Of a DNA stretch of 64,000 nucleotides, positions 1 to 9,343 are shown piece by piece. The notes below the pieces were generated by a model that saw nothing but the letters and a program-made list of their open reading frames with translations, ran no database searches and was not told the origin of the DNA. The stretch is taken from the NCBI GenBank assembly GCA_964345125.1, contig CAYFPY010000003.1, positions 5,185 through 69,184 of the forward strand. The letters are read 5' to 3'. This DNA is from an uncultured Actinomyces sp. GTDB taxonomy: Bacteria; Actinomycetota; Actinomycetes; Actinomycetales; Actinomycetaceae. The position numbers and the translations under genes are program-made. Within the stretch, counting starts at the first letter, position 1. The number at the start of each line of letters is the position of its first letter.

Positions 1-485
1 ACGTGGCCGCACACGTTTATACGACCGCCGCTGAAGTCTGGGAGGACACTGCTGGGGACATTGACTACTTTGTCGCCGGGATAGGCACGGGGGGAACCAT
101 CACGGGTGTGGGAACGGTTCTGAAGGATCTCAAACCACAGGTTAAGGTCATCGGTGTCGAACCCGCCGACTCTCCATTGCTAACAAAGGGGACAGCGGGC
201 CCCCACAAACTCCAGGGGCTCGGCGCTAACTTCGTCCCAGAAATACTAGACCAAAGCACAATAGATGAGATAGTAACCGTCGGCTTTGATGAAGCCTTGG
301 AAGCCGCCAGGCAAGTGGCCGTAAGTGATGGATTGCTGGTGGGCATTTCCTCAGGAGCTGCTCTTGCGGCAGCCAGGAAAGTCGCTTCAGACCCAGACAC
401 TGCTGGAAAAGTCATCCTGGTACTGCTGCCCGATGGTGGAGAACGATACTTGACTACAGACCTCTACTCACATTTGATGGACTAA
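1..485 (+). CDS. cysK: cysteine synthase A (O-acetylserine sulfhydrylase), C-terminal part; the 5' end lies outside the window
   Basis: The ORF is open to the window edge. It has the PLP-enzyme glycine loop GIGTGGTITGVG and the typical CysK C-terminus (ISSGAALAAA, LLPDGGERYL). It is followed by cysE. Confidence 0.9.
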   Translation, partial: VAAHVYTTAAEVWEDTAGDIDYFVAGIGTGGTITGVGTVLKDLKPQVKVIGVEPADSPLLTKGTAGPHKLQGLGANFVPEILDQSTIDEIVTVGFDEALEAARQVAVSDGLLVGISSGAALAAARKVASDPDTAGKVILVLLPDGGERYLTTDLYSHLMD

Positions 486-489
486 CCCT

Positions 490-1071
490 ATGAGCACTAA
501 ATGGAAACGCTTCACCAAGACATTGCGCGAAGACCTACAGGTAGCCAAGCGGAGGGACCCTGCCGCAACTTCATCGGTGGAAGTTGCGCTCACATACCCC
601 GGTTTACACGCCGTCTGGGGATATCGCTTCGCCCACGCCATGTGGAATCGGGGAGCCAAATTACCTGCCAGGTTCGTACAAAATGGGGTGCGTTTTTTCA
701 CGGGCGTTGACATTCACCCAGCCGCAGACCTGGGCAGAAGGCTTTTCATTGACCATGCCGAAGGGGTCGTTATTGGAGAGACCGCCGTCGTGGGGGAAGA
801 CGTGTTGATCTTCCACCAAGTAACACTCGGCGGGGTCACCATGGAACCTGGGAAACGACATCCAACTGTTGGCGACCGGGTCATTCTCGGAGCGGGGGCA
901 AAGGTTCTGGGTCCCGTGAACATTGGAACCGGGGCACGCATTGGTGCAAATGCGGTGGTGCTGAAGGATGTTCCCGATGATGGCGTAGCCGTGGGGGTAC
1001 CAGCACGCCTAGCTGAAACCAAAAAAGAAGTGAAAGACGGCTGCTCTCACAAAAAACTAGAAAAGGATTAG
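490..1071 (+). CDS. cysE: serine O-acetyltransferase
   Basis: Left-handed beta-helix hexapeptide repeats and the CysE core DIHPAADLGRRLFIDHAEGVVIGETAVVGEDVLIFHQVTLGG. It starts 5 nt after the cysK stop. Confidence 0.9.
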   Translation: MSTKWKRFTKTLREDLQVAKRRDPAATSSVEVALTYPGLHAVWGYRFAHAMWNRGAKLPARFVQNGVRFFTGVDIHPAADLGRRLFIDHAEGVVIGETAVVGEDVLIFHQVTLGGVTMEPGKRHPTVGDRVILGAGAKVLGPVNIGTGARIGANAVVLKDVPDDGVAVGVPARLAETKKEVKDGCSHKKLEKD

Positions 1072-1128
1072 CGGAAACTCCCCCCTCGAGGGCATGCATT
1101 TCTGCGGTTCATGAGCTAGCCTGGTAAC

Positions 1129-1644
1129 ATGACCGAACTCACACTCAAGGCGGAGCTTGGGGAACTAGATGTCACCCCGCCAAGCAAGGAGTTAGAGCTT
1201 GCCACTTTGACCTATTACGACATCCCCGCATTAGCCGCCCTAGCGGTGGAGGCCTACGGGCGGGCGCCCTCGGCGGAAAGTCTGTGGGAGGCAACAGATG
1301 AGATGCGCATGTATTTTGATGGCGCCTTTGGTCAGGTGCGAGATGACTCCTTCCTCGGAGCCTGGCTTGACGGGGAACTGGTCGGAGCCATCTTCTGCGT
1401 GCTGGATGCCCCTTATGAGGGCGTACCCCGCGGGCCATTTGTTCTTGACCTGATCGTGGACCCCACGGTCCGCAGGCAGGGTTTGGCAACAGCCTTGATA
1501 GCTGCCTTGGCTAAACGGGTCGACCAGTGGGATTACGACTCCTTATCCCTGCAGCTGGACATGGGATTGATGCCCGAGGCCTTCCAGCTGTACCAGCGAT
1601 TGGGTTTCACCGAACATGTCGAAGATTTAGCCAATAACGTTTAG
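1129..1644 (+). CDS. GNAT family N-acetyltransferase
   Basis: Acetyl-CoA binding motif VRRQGLATALIAALAKR and the typical C-terminal LYQRLGF. Confidence 0.75.
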   Translation: MTELTLKAELGELDVTPPSKELELATLTYYDIPALAALAVEAYGRAPSAESLWEATDEMRMYFDGAFGQVRDDSFLGAWLDGELVGAIFCVLDAPYEGVPRGPFVLDLIVDPTVRRQGLATALIAALAKRVDQWDYDSLSLQLDMGLMPEAFQLYQRLGFTEHVEDLANNV

Positions 1645-1671
1645 GCCTCTACTCGCCATTTGGGACCTGTT

Positions 1672-2541
1672 TTACCGTTGGCAGCTGCGACACCAATAGA
1701 CGTTTCTACCCGCTACCTGGCGGTTGCTCACCGGGGTGCCACACTTCTTACAGGGTTCGTCAGCCCTTTGGTAGACGTACCAGTTGTCGCCGTCCACCTC
1801 TGACCTATCTTCGGGTTCCAGTGTGCGGATCTGCCCATCTTTGACCCCTTCGTTCAACAGGAACACGAAGTCATCCCACAAAGCTTCCAAACGTTTGACT
1901 GACACGTTGTTCCCTTTACGGAAAGGGGAGATTCCTCGGCGAAATAAAGCCTCTGCCCGGTAAATGTTCCCCACTCCGGCGCTGACCGACTGATCCATCA
2001 CCAGTTCACCCACCGCTCTTCCAGAAGCTCTAACTTTGCTCACGAAGGAGTTCCTTAGCACATCCACGTCAGTCTCATGGTCTAGAGGGTCAGGTCCCAG
2101 CCGATCAATTATCTCCTCAACTTCGGCCCGTCGAAGCACCTGACACTGGTTGGGGCCGTTCAAGTCGGCAGCGGCCTCCTGGGTTGTGATGCGTACACGC
2201 ACGGCTCCACGCGGTTCAGGTGGCTGCCAGTGCGTAGACACCGCACCGGGCGTGGGCAGAGACATGGGAGCGCCGATGAGCTCTGCCTCACCGCTGTTGC
2301 GATAGAACCGCCAAGCCCCATACAGACCCAAGTGGACCTGCAACCATAAAGGTTCTCCAGCACCCTCAAAGCGGAGGAACATGTGTTTGCCAACGGAGAA
2401 TGCATCGACCATGGTCAGACCGTTCAAGCGAGCCGCCCCTTCGCTGAAGCGACCTTGCGGCGATGTCAAGTAGCAGGTCTGGCCAACAAACCATTCCTGA
2501 AACCGGTTGGCCAAGCGGCGGACTGAGTGACCCTCTGGCAC
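1672..2541 (-). CDS. nei: Fpg/Nei family DNA glycosylase (endonuclease VIII-like)
   Basis: N-terminal MPEGH catalytic start, SPQGRF, the H2TH region (GNIYRAEALFRRGISP) and the C-terminal zinc finger CKKCGTPV...YWCRSCQ. The GTG start overlaps the leuS stop by 1 nt (TAGTG). Confidence 0.85.
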   Translation of the reverse strand: MPEGHSVRRLANRFQEWFVGQTCYLTSPQGRFSEGAARLNGLTMVDAFSVGKHMFLRFEGAGEPLWLQVHLGLYGAWRFYRNSGEAELIGAPMSLPTPGAVSTHWQPPEPRGAVRVRITTQEAAADLNGPNQCQVLRRAEVEEIIDRLGPDPLDHETDVDVLRNSFVSKVRASGRAVGELVMDQSVSAGVGNIYRAEALFRRGISPFRKGNNVSVKRLEALWDDFVFLLNEGVKDGQIRTLEPEDRSEVDGDNWYVYQRADEPCKKCGTPVSNRQVAGRNVYWCRSCQR

Positions 2542-5411
2542 TATTTTCTCACCACAAAGTTCACTAGCTTAGGTGCCCGAACAATAGTCTTTAAAGGTTC
2601 CTCCCCCTCAAGCGCCCGCTGGATCGGTGCTGCTTGCAGTGCAAGTTCAGTTAGCTCCTGCTCCCCTATGTCTGGTGTGACTTCCAGTTTTGCTCGTAGT
2701 TTTCCGTTGATCTGCACCACTGCGGTTATCGCGTCTTCTACTAGCAGTGACTCGTCCTCCACCACTGGGAACGGATGCAACGCCAAGGATTGTTCGTGCC
2801 CCAGCAGATGCCAAACCTCCTCAGCGAAGTGGGGGGCCACGGGGGACAACATGAGCACTAACTGTTCCACGGTGGCTTTGGGAACCTGCTTCAAGCCGGT
2901 CAAGTGATTGTTGAGCACAATCATTTTGGCAATCGCGGTGTTGACACGCATCCCGTCATATTCTTTTTTCACATCACGGATGGTTCTGGCAGCTAGACGA
3001 GCGGTCTCCAAGTCCGGCTCCAGGTCCACCACCGTCACCGTCCCCGTCTGTTCATCAACAACGTTGCGCCACAAGCGTTGCAGGAAGCGTAAAGATCCTG
3101 CCACGCCACGCGTATCCCAAGGTCGTGACAAGTCCAGCGGAGCCATGGACATTTCAAACATGCGGAAAGCATCCGCGCCGTAAAGGTCACACATTTCATC
3201 TGGCGTGACCGAGTTCTTCAAGGACTTACCCATTTTCCCATATTCTTGGGTGACAGCCTGCCCCTGCCAGGTGAACCCTGACTGTTCGTCCCCCTCGACC
3301 TCTTCAGCGGGCACGTACACGCCCCGCTCGTCCGTGTATGCGTAAGCCAGAATGTATCCCTGATTAAACAGCCGGTGGAAAGGTTCCGGGGAAACAACAT
3401 GCCCCAGATCAAACAGGACCTTCTGCCAAAACCGTGCGTACAGCAAGTGGAGAACCGCATGCTCCACTCCCCCCACGTACAGATCCACTCCCCCGGCCGG
3501 TTTCCCATCTCGCGGACCCATCCAGTAGGCATCGTTTTCAGGTTCGATCAGACGGTTCGGGTCAGTGGGATCAACATAGCGCAGCTCGTAGTAGCAGGAA
3601 CCCGCCCAGTTAGGCATGGTGTTCGTGTCGCGAGTGTAAACCTGGGGACCATCACCCAAATCCAGGGTCACCTCTAACCATTCCTCGGCCCTACTCAAAG
3701 GAGTTTCCGGTGAAGAGTCGACATCATCCGAAGCGAAAGTGCGCGGCGAAAAATCTTCCAGATCTGGAAGCAACACGGGGAGCTGCTCCTCTGGGAGCGC
3801 GTGGGCGTTCCCCTCCTGATCGTAAACAATCGGGAACGGTTCCCCCCAGTACCTCTGTCTAGAAAACAGCCAATCGCGCAGCCGATAAGAGGTCGTGGGC
3901 GCCCCCAGTTGGTGTTCATCCAACCAGGCCACCATTTTCTCAATGGCCTCTTCCTGATCCAAGTTGTTAATACTGAACTCTCCATGTGAAGAGTTAATTA
4001 TGATGCCGTCCCCCACCCACGGTTCCTCCTGATTGTCGAACTCAGGGTCATCGGCAGGCCGAATGGTCGGCACAATATCCAAGTCAAAAGTCTTAGCAAA
4101 CGCGAAGTCTCTCTCATCGTGGGCAGGCACAGCCATGATCGCTCCAGTGCCATACCCCATTAGTACGTAATCCGCCACAAAAACTGGGACATCTTTCCCA
4201 TTCACTGGGTTCACCGCATAAAAGCCGGTGAAAACCCCTGTTTTACCTCCAGCTTCTGCCTGGCGTTCCACATCCGTCTTCCTGGCGGCTTCCCGCCTGT
4301 AAGCCACCACTGCCTCTGCGGGGGATGAGTACCCTCCCGTCCACGCTTGGCGCGTGCCCTCCGGCCAGGAATCAAGCAAGTCTGCACTCACAAGAGGGTG
4401 CTCCGGAGCGACCACCATGAATGTGGCTCCAAACAAGGTGTCGGGCCTGGTCGTGAAAACACTGAGCTCTCCCACATTATCGACGGTAAAGGTCACGGTG
4501 GCACCCAGTGATTTACCTATCCAATGCCGCTGCATCAGCTTCACTTTTTCTGGCCAGTCAATACCATCCAACCCTTCAGCTAAACGGTCAGCGTAAGCGG
4601 TGATCCGCATATTCCACTGTTTAAGGTCCCGGGTAAATACGGGGTACCCTCCCCTCTCAGACACCCCATCTGCAGTAACCTCCTCGTTCGCTAAAACGGT
4701 CCCTAAACCGGGGCACCAGTTCACCGGGGACTGTGACTGGTAAGCCAACCTGTAATCACTTAGGAGATCTTCCTGTTCAGATTTCGACAGTTCTTCCCAA
4801 CCACGCCCATCGGGTGTTTCCTTCAGCCCCTGGGCGAACTTGGCTATCAGCTCCGCAATGGGTCGTGCAGCCCCCAACGTCCCTTCGCCGTTGGGCGCCT
4901 CCGGGTCGTACCACGAGTTGTACGTCTGTAGGAAGATCCATTGGGTCCACTTCACATAGTCGTCATCAATGGTGGCGAAACCGCGGCGCTCATCATGAGA
5001 CAAGCCGATTCTTGAGAGCTGCTGTGTGAAAACATCCATCGCTTCTTCAGTGGTGATACGCGGGTGTTGACCAGTCTCGATGGCGTACTGTTCTGCGGGT
5101 AACCCAAAAGCGTCAAAGCCAAGCGTGTACAAAACATTCTTACCTTGCATCCGCTGATAGCGGGCAAGAATGTCTGTGGCGATGTATCCTAGCGGGTGAC
5201 CAACGTGTAAGCCCGAACCCGAAGGGTAGGGAAACATGTCCATCACAAACCAGGGATCCAACTCGGCTTTTGGTCCCGCAAGGTCACCGGTAGGATTATC
5301 CGCATTAAAGACCCCGGTATCTCGCCACTCTTGCTGCCACTTCTTCTCAATTGTTGCGGCCATCTCAGCCGTGTATCGAAAAGGTGGTTCCTTGGGGGGC
5401 ACAGTGGACAT
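2541..5411 (-). CDS. leuS: leucine--tRNA ligase
   Basis: 956 aa. Class I signature PYPSGSGLHVGHPLGY and KMSKS-like GKMGKSLKN, with a CP1 editing region present. Confidence 0.95.
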   Translation of the reverse strand: MSTVPPKEPPFRYTAEMAATIEKKWQQEWRDTGVFNADNPTGDLAGPKAELDPWFVMDMFPYPSGSGLHVGHPLGYIATDILARYQRMQGKNVLYTLGFDAFGLPAEQYAIETGQHPRITTEEAMDVFTQQLSRIGLSHDERRGFATIDDDYVKWTQWIFLQTYNSWYDPEAPNGEGTLGAARPIAELIAKFAQGLKETPDGRGWEELSKSEQEDLLSDYRLAYQSQSPVNWCPGLGTVLANEEVTADGVSERGGYPVFTRDLKQWNMRITAYADRLAEGLDGIDWPEKVKLMQRHWIGKSLGATVTFTVDNVGELSVFTTRPDTLFGATFMVVAPEHPLVSADLLDSWPEGTRQAWTGGYSSPAEAVVAYRREAARKTDVERQAEAGGKTGVFTGFYAVNPVNGKDVPVFVADYVLMGYGTGAIMAVPAHDERDFAFAKTFDLDIVPTIRPADDPEFDNQEEPWVGDGIIINSSHGEFSINNLDQEEAIEKMVAWLDEHQLGAPTTSYRLRDWLFSRQRYWGEPFPIVYDQEGNAHALPEEQLPVLLPDLEDFSPRTFASDDVDSSPETPLSRAEEWLEVTLDLGDGPQVYTRDTNTMPNWAGSCYYELRYVDPTDPNRLIEPENDAYWMGPRDGKPAGGVDLYVGGVEHAVLHLLYARFWQKVLFDLGHVVSPEPFHRLFNQGYILAYAYTDERGVYVPAEEVEGDEQSGFTWQGQAVTQEYGKMGKSLKNSVTPDEMCDLYGADAFRMFEMSMAPLDLSRPWDTRGVAGSLRFLQRLWRNVVDEQTGTVTVVDLEPDLETARLAARTIRDVKKEYDGMRVNTAIAKMIVLNNHLTGLKQVPKATVEQLVLMLSPVAPHFAEEVWHLLGHEQSLALHPFPVVEDESLLVEDAITAVVQINGKLRAKLEVTPDIGEQELTELALQAAPIQRALEGEEPLKTIVRAPKLVNFVVRK

Positions 5412-5521
5412 TCATTCCTCCTGACAGGTGGTTACTCCAGACCTAGATTAGCGCACTACACCGGAAGTAGCCGAAACTATTCTGGTTGCGAACACGCTAC
5501 CCAGCCAGCAACAATGGGACC

Positions 5522-5926
5522 ATGAGCACAATTTTTGAAAAGATTATGAACGGGGCCCTGCCAGGCGAATTCATTTGGGAGGACGACAGTTGCATAGCCA
5601 TAATGACGATAGAACCCGTCGCTCCCGGACATGCCCTCGTTATCCCCCGCGACCCAGTCGACAAGTGGACTGACCTCCCCGCAACAACGCTTGACCATCT
5701 GATGCAAATAGCCCAAAAGATAGGCAAAGCCCAAGAGGAAGTGTTTCAGGTACCTCGATCTGCCGTAGTGATCGCCGGCTTTGAAGTGCCCCACACCCAC
5801 ATCCACGTGATTCCCGCGGAAACTGAGCAGGCGGCATCACTTGCCCTAGCAAAGCCAGCCACCCCGGAGGAACTGGAACAAAACGGCAAAAAATTGCGCG
5901 AACATCTGGAGGAAAAGGCCCTCTAA
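5522..5926 (+). CDS. HIT family (histidine triad) hydrolase
   Basis: Histidine triad HTHIHVIP, and MSTIFEKIMNGALPGEFIWEDD is a typical HIT N-terminus. I prefer the internal ATG at 5522 over the ORF-track start at 5486. Confidence 0.8.
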   Translation: MSTIFEKIMNGALPGEFIWEDDSCIAIMTIEPVAPGHALVIPRDPVDKWTDLPATTLDHLMQIAQKIGKAQEEVFQVPRSAVVIAGFEVPHTHIHVIPAETEQAASLALAKPATPEELEQNGKKLREHLEEKAL

Positions 5927-6534
5927 AACAGGTAACCCAGGCGGTCCGACAGACCTACCAGCACCACCAGAACAATTAGCAGCAACAAAAGCAACCAGAC
6001 CGCCCACCAGTAACGCAACAGGGTTCGCCCTCTTCCCCTGTTTTCCTTCCCATAGGCTCCAGCAGCCAATGCTCCCCCCAACGCCAGCGGTAGTATCCCC
6101 AAAATGGCCACCCACGTTAGTACGCAGTACGGGCAAAGCGTGTGAAAGACCGTGACGGACTGGTGAACAAAGTAAGACACGAACCCTAAACCTGCCAGCA
6201 TCCCGGCGGACAGTCCCCACCAGACTAACCTCGGGATCCCCCCACGAAACAAAAGCACCAAACCGAACAAAAGAAGCGCCGAGAACGCCCCTAAACCGAC
6301 CGCTGAGTTAGGCAGAACCAACAAATGAGCCTGTGGGGTCAGCAGCGCAGTGGAACAGGCAATGAGCGGATTCACATCACAGGCAAGAGCAGCATTCGAA
6401 TCCTGCAACAGCTGCAACTCACCAAGCAGCAAGTTCACCGAAGATACCAGGCCTGCAACCGCAAACAGTGAAATGAATACCCCCACTTGCGGGTTGGACC
6501 ATTTCACCGTGACGTCGCGCTTAGCAACCGACAT
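5923..6534 (-). CDS. vitamin K epoxide reductase (VKOR) family membrane protein
   Basis: Multi-TM protein with the loop cysteine pair CDVNPLIAC and the redox motif CPYC in a TM helix. The start is uncertain (6534 vs 6582). Its 3' end overlaps the HIT gene by 4 nt (convergent). Confidence 0.7.
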   Translation of the reverse strand: MSVAKRDVTVKWSNPQVGVFISLFAVAGLVSSVNLLLGELQLLQDSNAALACDVNPLIACSTALLTPQAHLLVLPNSAVGLGAFSALLLFGLVLLFRGGIPRLVWWGLSAGMLAGLGFVSYFVHQSVTVFHTLCPYCVLTWVAILGILPLALGGALAAGAYGKENRGRGRTLLRYWWAVWLLLLLLIVLVVLVGLSDRLGYLF

Positions 6535-6742
6535 AGACTGTTTTCCTTCCTCGTTTACACCACTGCGCCCAGCATCCCACACCCCCGACCCGGCCTGCTA
6601 GGCACCGGGCGCTTTAGGTGAGTACCGACACCCTGAGCCTTCCAAGTTTGCCAATGGTGAGCTAAATCGTCTAAAGTTTCACATCGTTGTGGTACTGCTT
6701 GACAGGAAAATTGCACTACACTGGAAGTACAACAAAAGGCAC

Positions 6743-6815
6743 GCGCCATTAGCTCAACAGGTAGAGCAGCTGGCTCTTAACCAGCGGGTTCCGGGTTCGA
6801 GTCCCGGGTGGCGTA
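6743..6815 (+). tRNA. tRNA-Lys (anticodon CTT)
   Basis: Manual cloverleaf: acceptor GCGCCAT/GTGGCGT, D arm GCTC-AACAGGTA-GAGC, anticodon arm GCTGG-CTCTTAA-CCAGC, T arm CCGGG-TTCGAGT-CCCGG, discriminator A. No CCA is encoded. Confidence 0.85.
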
Positions 6816-6825
6816 CTGTTCGAGG

Positions 6826-7926
6826 CTAAAGATCCGCCGGTAAATCTGGAAAAGCGGAAGCCACCCCTTCGTGGCGTATTGATCCATCATGGATGTTGAC
6901 GGCCTTAGCCATAGCGTAGTCACGCTCTGCAGCAGCCTCCCACCCCAAATCTGCTAACTGCAATACGTAGGGCAAAGTAGCTGTTGCCAGAGCCTGCGTT
7001 GCAGTTTCCGGCACCGCTCCGGGCATGTTGGACACCGAATAATACAGTGAGTTATGCACCGGATAAACCGGGTCATCATGAGTTGAGGGGCGCGTATTCT
7101 CAAAACAGCCACCCTGATCAACAGCGATGTCGACAAGTACGGAACCGGGCTTCATCCCGGCGACCATCTCGTCTGTCACTAACTTGGGGGCTCTGGCACC
7201 CGGAATCAGGACCGAACCCACAACCAGATCAGCCGTGCTTAAAGCATCAGCAATATTGGCGATAGTGGAAGTGCGCGTAGTTATCTTCCGTTGGAACAGG
7301 TTCTCCAGATACTTCAGTCGCGGTAATGACACGTCCACCACTGTCACTTCTGACCCCAATCCCAACGCAACACTGGCGGCTTGCTCCCCCGCTGTCCCTC
7401 CCCCAATTATGACCGTTTGCGCCCTGCGGGTGGCCGTCACACCCCCGAGCAGCACGCCGCGCCCCCCGCTGGGTTTCATCAAGAAAAATGATCCCAATTG
7501 CGGCGCCAACCTTCCTGCAACCTCCGACATTGGTGCCAGCAAAGGAAGCGTGCCATCCTGCAGCTGCACAGTTTCATAGGCCATGGCGGTGACGCCAGAA
7601 TTCAACAGAGCTTCAGTCGTTTCGCGGGAAGCAGCTAGATGAAGATAGGTGAAAAGGATCTGCCCAGGTCTCAGCAGATCGTACTCGCTTGGTATGGGCT
7701 CTTTGACCTTCAAGATTAGATCAGCCCACTCCCATACCTGCCCAGCAGTTTCGACCACCGTAGCTCCGGCGGATTCGAAGTCTGCATCCCTAATTGAAGA
7801 TCCCACGCCGGCACCCGCCTGGACATAAACTTCGTGGCCTCTAGCTACCAGCTCGACGACCCCTCCCGGCGTCAGCGCCACGCGGAGCTCGTTGTTCATT
7901 GTTTCTTTCGGTACACCTACGCGCAT
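6826..7926 (-). CDS. ald: alanine dehydrogenase
   Basis: N-terminus MRVGVPKETMNNELRVALTPGGV, NAD-binding loop VIIGGGTAGEQAA, and 366 aa as is typical for Ald. Confidence 0.9.
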   Translation of the reverse strand: MRVGVPKETMNNELRVALTPGGVVELVARGHEVYVQAGAGVGSSIRDADFESAGATVVETAGQVWEWADLILKVKEPIPSEYDLLRPGQILFTYLHLAASRETTEALLNSGVTAMAYETVQLQDGTLPLLAPMSEVAGRLAPQLGSFFLMKPSGGRGVLLGGVTATRRAQTVIIGGGTAGEQAASVALGLGSEVTVVDVSLPRLKYLENLFQRKITTRTSTIANIADALSTADLVVGSVLIPGARAPKLVTDEMVAGMKPGSVLVDIAVDQGGCFENTRPSTHDDPVYPVHNSLYYSVSNMPGAVPETATQALATATLPYVLQLADLGWEAAAERDYAMAKAVNIHDGSIRHEGVASAFPDLPADL

Positions 7927-7971
7927 GTTATCTTCCCTCCCTATTCCTTTAGCCTCACTTTACACAGAAAC

Positions 7972-8001
7972 AGGGGCCACCCGGTAAACCGGATGGCCCC
8001 T
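7972..8001 (-). terminator. imperfect hairpin downstream of the 8032-8559 gene
   Basis: AGGGGCCACCCGG-TAAA-CCGGATGGCCCCT forms a 13-bp stem with one mismatch. No clear U-tract follows, so a terminator function is only presumed. Confidence 0.35.
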
Positions 8002-8031
8002 GAACCTCGACTACTAATGCTTGGCTAAGAG

Positions 8032-8559
8032 TTAGCTTTCGAGTTCTTTAACAACTTTGTTGATCGCGTCCACAACACGATCAGCATCCTTTTGGACTAG
8101 CTCATCTAGACGATCTTCGTCGTCCGCAAGCTTATTTACACCCGCAACTACGTGACGCACAGCCGCACGAACGTCTCTCTCGAGGTGCTTGGCTACGCTC
8201 TCAAGGACATGCTCCAGGTGCTTAGAAGCGTGCTCTGCCACCTTGTCAGCATGCTTCTGTGCCCTTTCGATTGCGTCTGCGGAGTCACCCTTCTGGGTGC
8301 GCTCAGCAACCCGCTCTTCTGCCCTGGCGACCCTCTTTGCTTCGCGGTCAACGACTTTAGCCAAGTACTCTAGGTGATGTTCGGCGAATGCTGCATCCCG
8401 CTCTACCTGACGCTCAACGTGACGGACCTCCGCTGCTTCGCGCTTGTCAATGTGCTCAGTCTGGGCTTCTACCTTCTTGATCTCATCTTCATAAACTTTT
8501 TGCGCACGCTCCTGAGCATCCGCAACCTTCTTTACCCAGCGATCCATCGATTCTGCCAT
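8032..8559 (-). CDS. hypothetical charged, His-rich, all-helical (coiled-coil-like) protein
   Basis: The ATG at 8559 is preceded by GGAGAG 5 nt upstream. The ORF-track start at 8655 lacks an SD. The sequence consists of E/K/R/A/H heptad-like segments (KHLEHVLESVAKHLERDVR, RHVERQVERD). I recognise no family. Confidence 0.55.
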   Translation of the reverse strand: MAESMDRWVKKVADAQERAQKVYEDEIKKVEAQTEHIDKREAAEVRHVERQVERDAAFAEHHLEYLAKVVDREAKRVARAEERVAERTQKGDSADAIERAQKHADKVAEHASKHLEHVLESVAKHLERDVRAAVRHVVAGVNKLADDEDRLDELVQKDADRVVDAINKVVKELES

Positions 8560-8755
8560 CGCTACTCTCCAATCGTGTATTCTTGAGTTACTTTTCGAAC
8601 TCTCTTGCTCTTCTATGATACCGCTCACACGCCTTTTTCGCATCTCAGGGTTCACTATATGCTGCTAGCAAAACTACGCTATTTCCCCCTCTTTCAGGCC
8701 GACAGGTGACGGCGCAAATTACGTCTGACCTGCACGGTTTGCTAGAATCTCTCCC

Positions 8756-9343
8756 ATGAATCCTGTCCGACCGGGAGCTCCCAGAAGTGAGGAAGCCCGT
8801 TTATCTATTTTAGAGGCAACCGGGAAACTGGTTGAATCGTATGGCTACCCCCGGCTAACAATCGAGGGGGTGGCCCGTGAAGCGAAGGTGGGAAAACAAA
8901 CCATCTACCGCTGGTGGTCCAACAAAGCCCTGCTAGTAGTTGAAGCTTTGGAGGAGGGCTTCCTACTTCCAATCTCGGTACATCCACCAACCACGAAAGA
9001 CTTGCGGAGTGACTTGATCTCCTGGCTCGATTCACTCGTAGGCCTAACAGTAGACAAGCGCCACCTCTTGACACTTCGCGCAATTTTCTATGCGGCCATG
9101 GATGACACCGAAGCCTGTAAGAAACTAAAAACCACGGCCGGCCTTACCGCAAAAGGGCAAGAGCGCGTCGAGCTAGCCCAACAACAGGGCAATCTACGCG
9201 CAAGTCTGGACCCGGCCAATATCATTGAGGCTCTTTTAGGCACCTTCGTTCTTCACGCAATCCTGGGCCCACCCTTGGATTCGTCCTCAATCCCAAGACT
9301 CGTGGACCTGATCCTTTCCTGCCCGGACTGTGCGGTCTCCTAA
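8756..9343 (+). CDS. TetR/AcrR family transcriptional regulator
   Basis: N-terminal HTH LTIEGVAREAKVGKQTIYRWWSNK, with about 190 aa. Confidence 0.85.
   Translation: MNPVRPGAPRSEEARLSILEATGKLVESYGYPRLTIEGVAREAKVGKQTIYRWWSNKALLVVEALEEGFLLPISVHPPTTKDLRSDLISWLDSLVGLTVDKRHLLTLRAIFYAAMDDTEACKKLKTTAGLTAKGQERVELAQQQGNLRASLDPANIIEALLGTFVLHAILGPPLDSSSIPRLVDLILSCPDCAVS

Noticed and set aside
5486-5521. Longer ORF-track starts for several genes: HIT 5486, VKOR 6582, atpC 26055, CYTH 42497, GDPD 46746, M23 47564, rsgA 55666, the 8032 gene at 8655, and the 9340 gene at 9915.
   Set aside because: Internal starts give better SD sequences, classic 1- or 4-nt coupling overlaps, or N-termini that match family expectations. 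The longer versions would overlap neighbouring conserved genes or extend upstream of the putative promoter.
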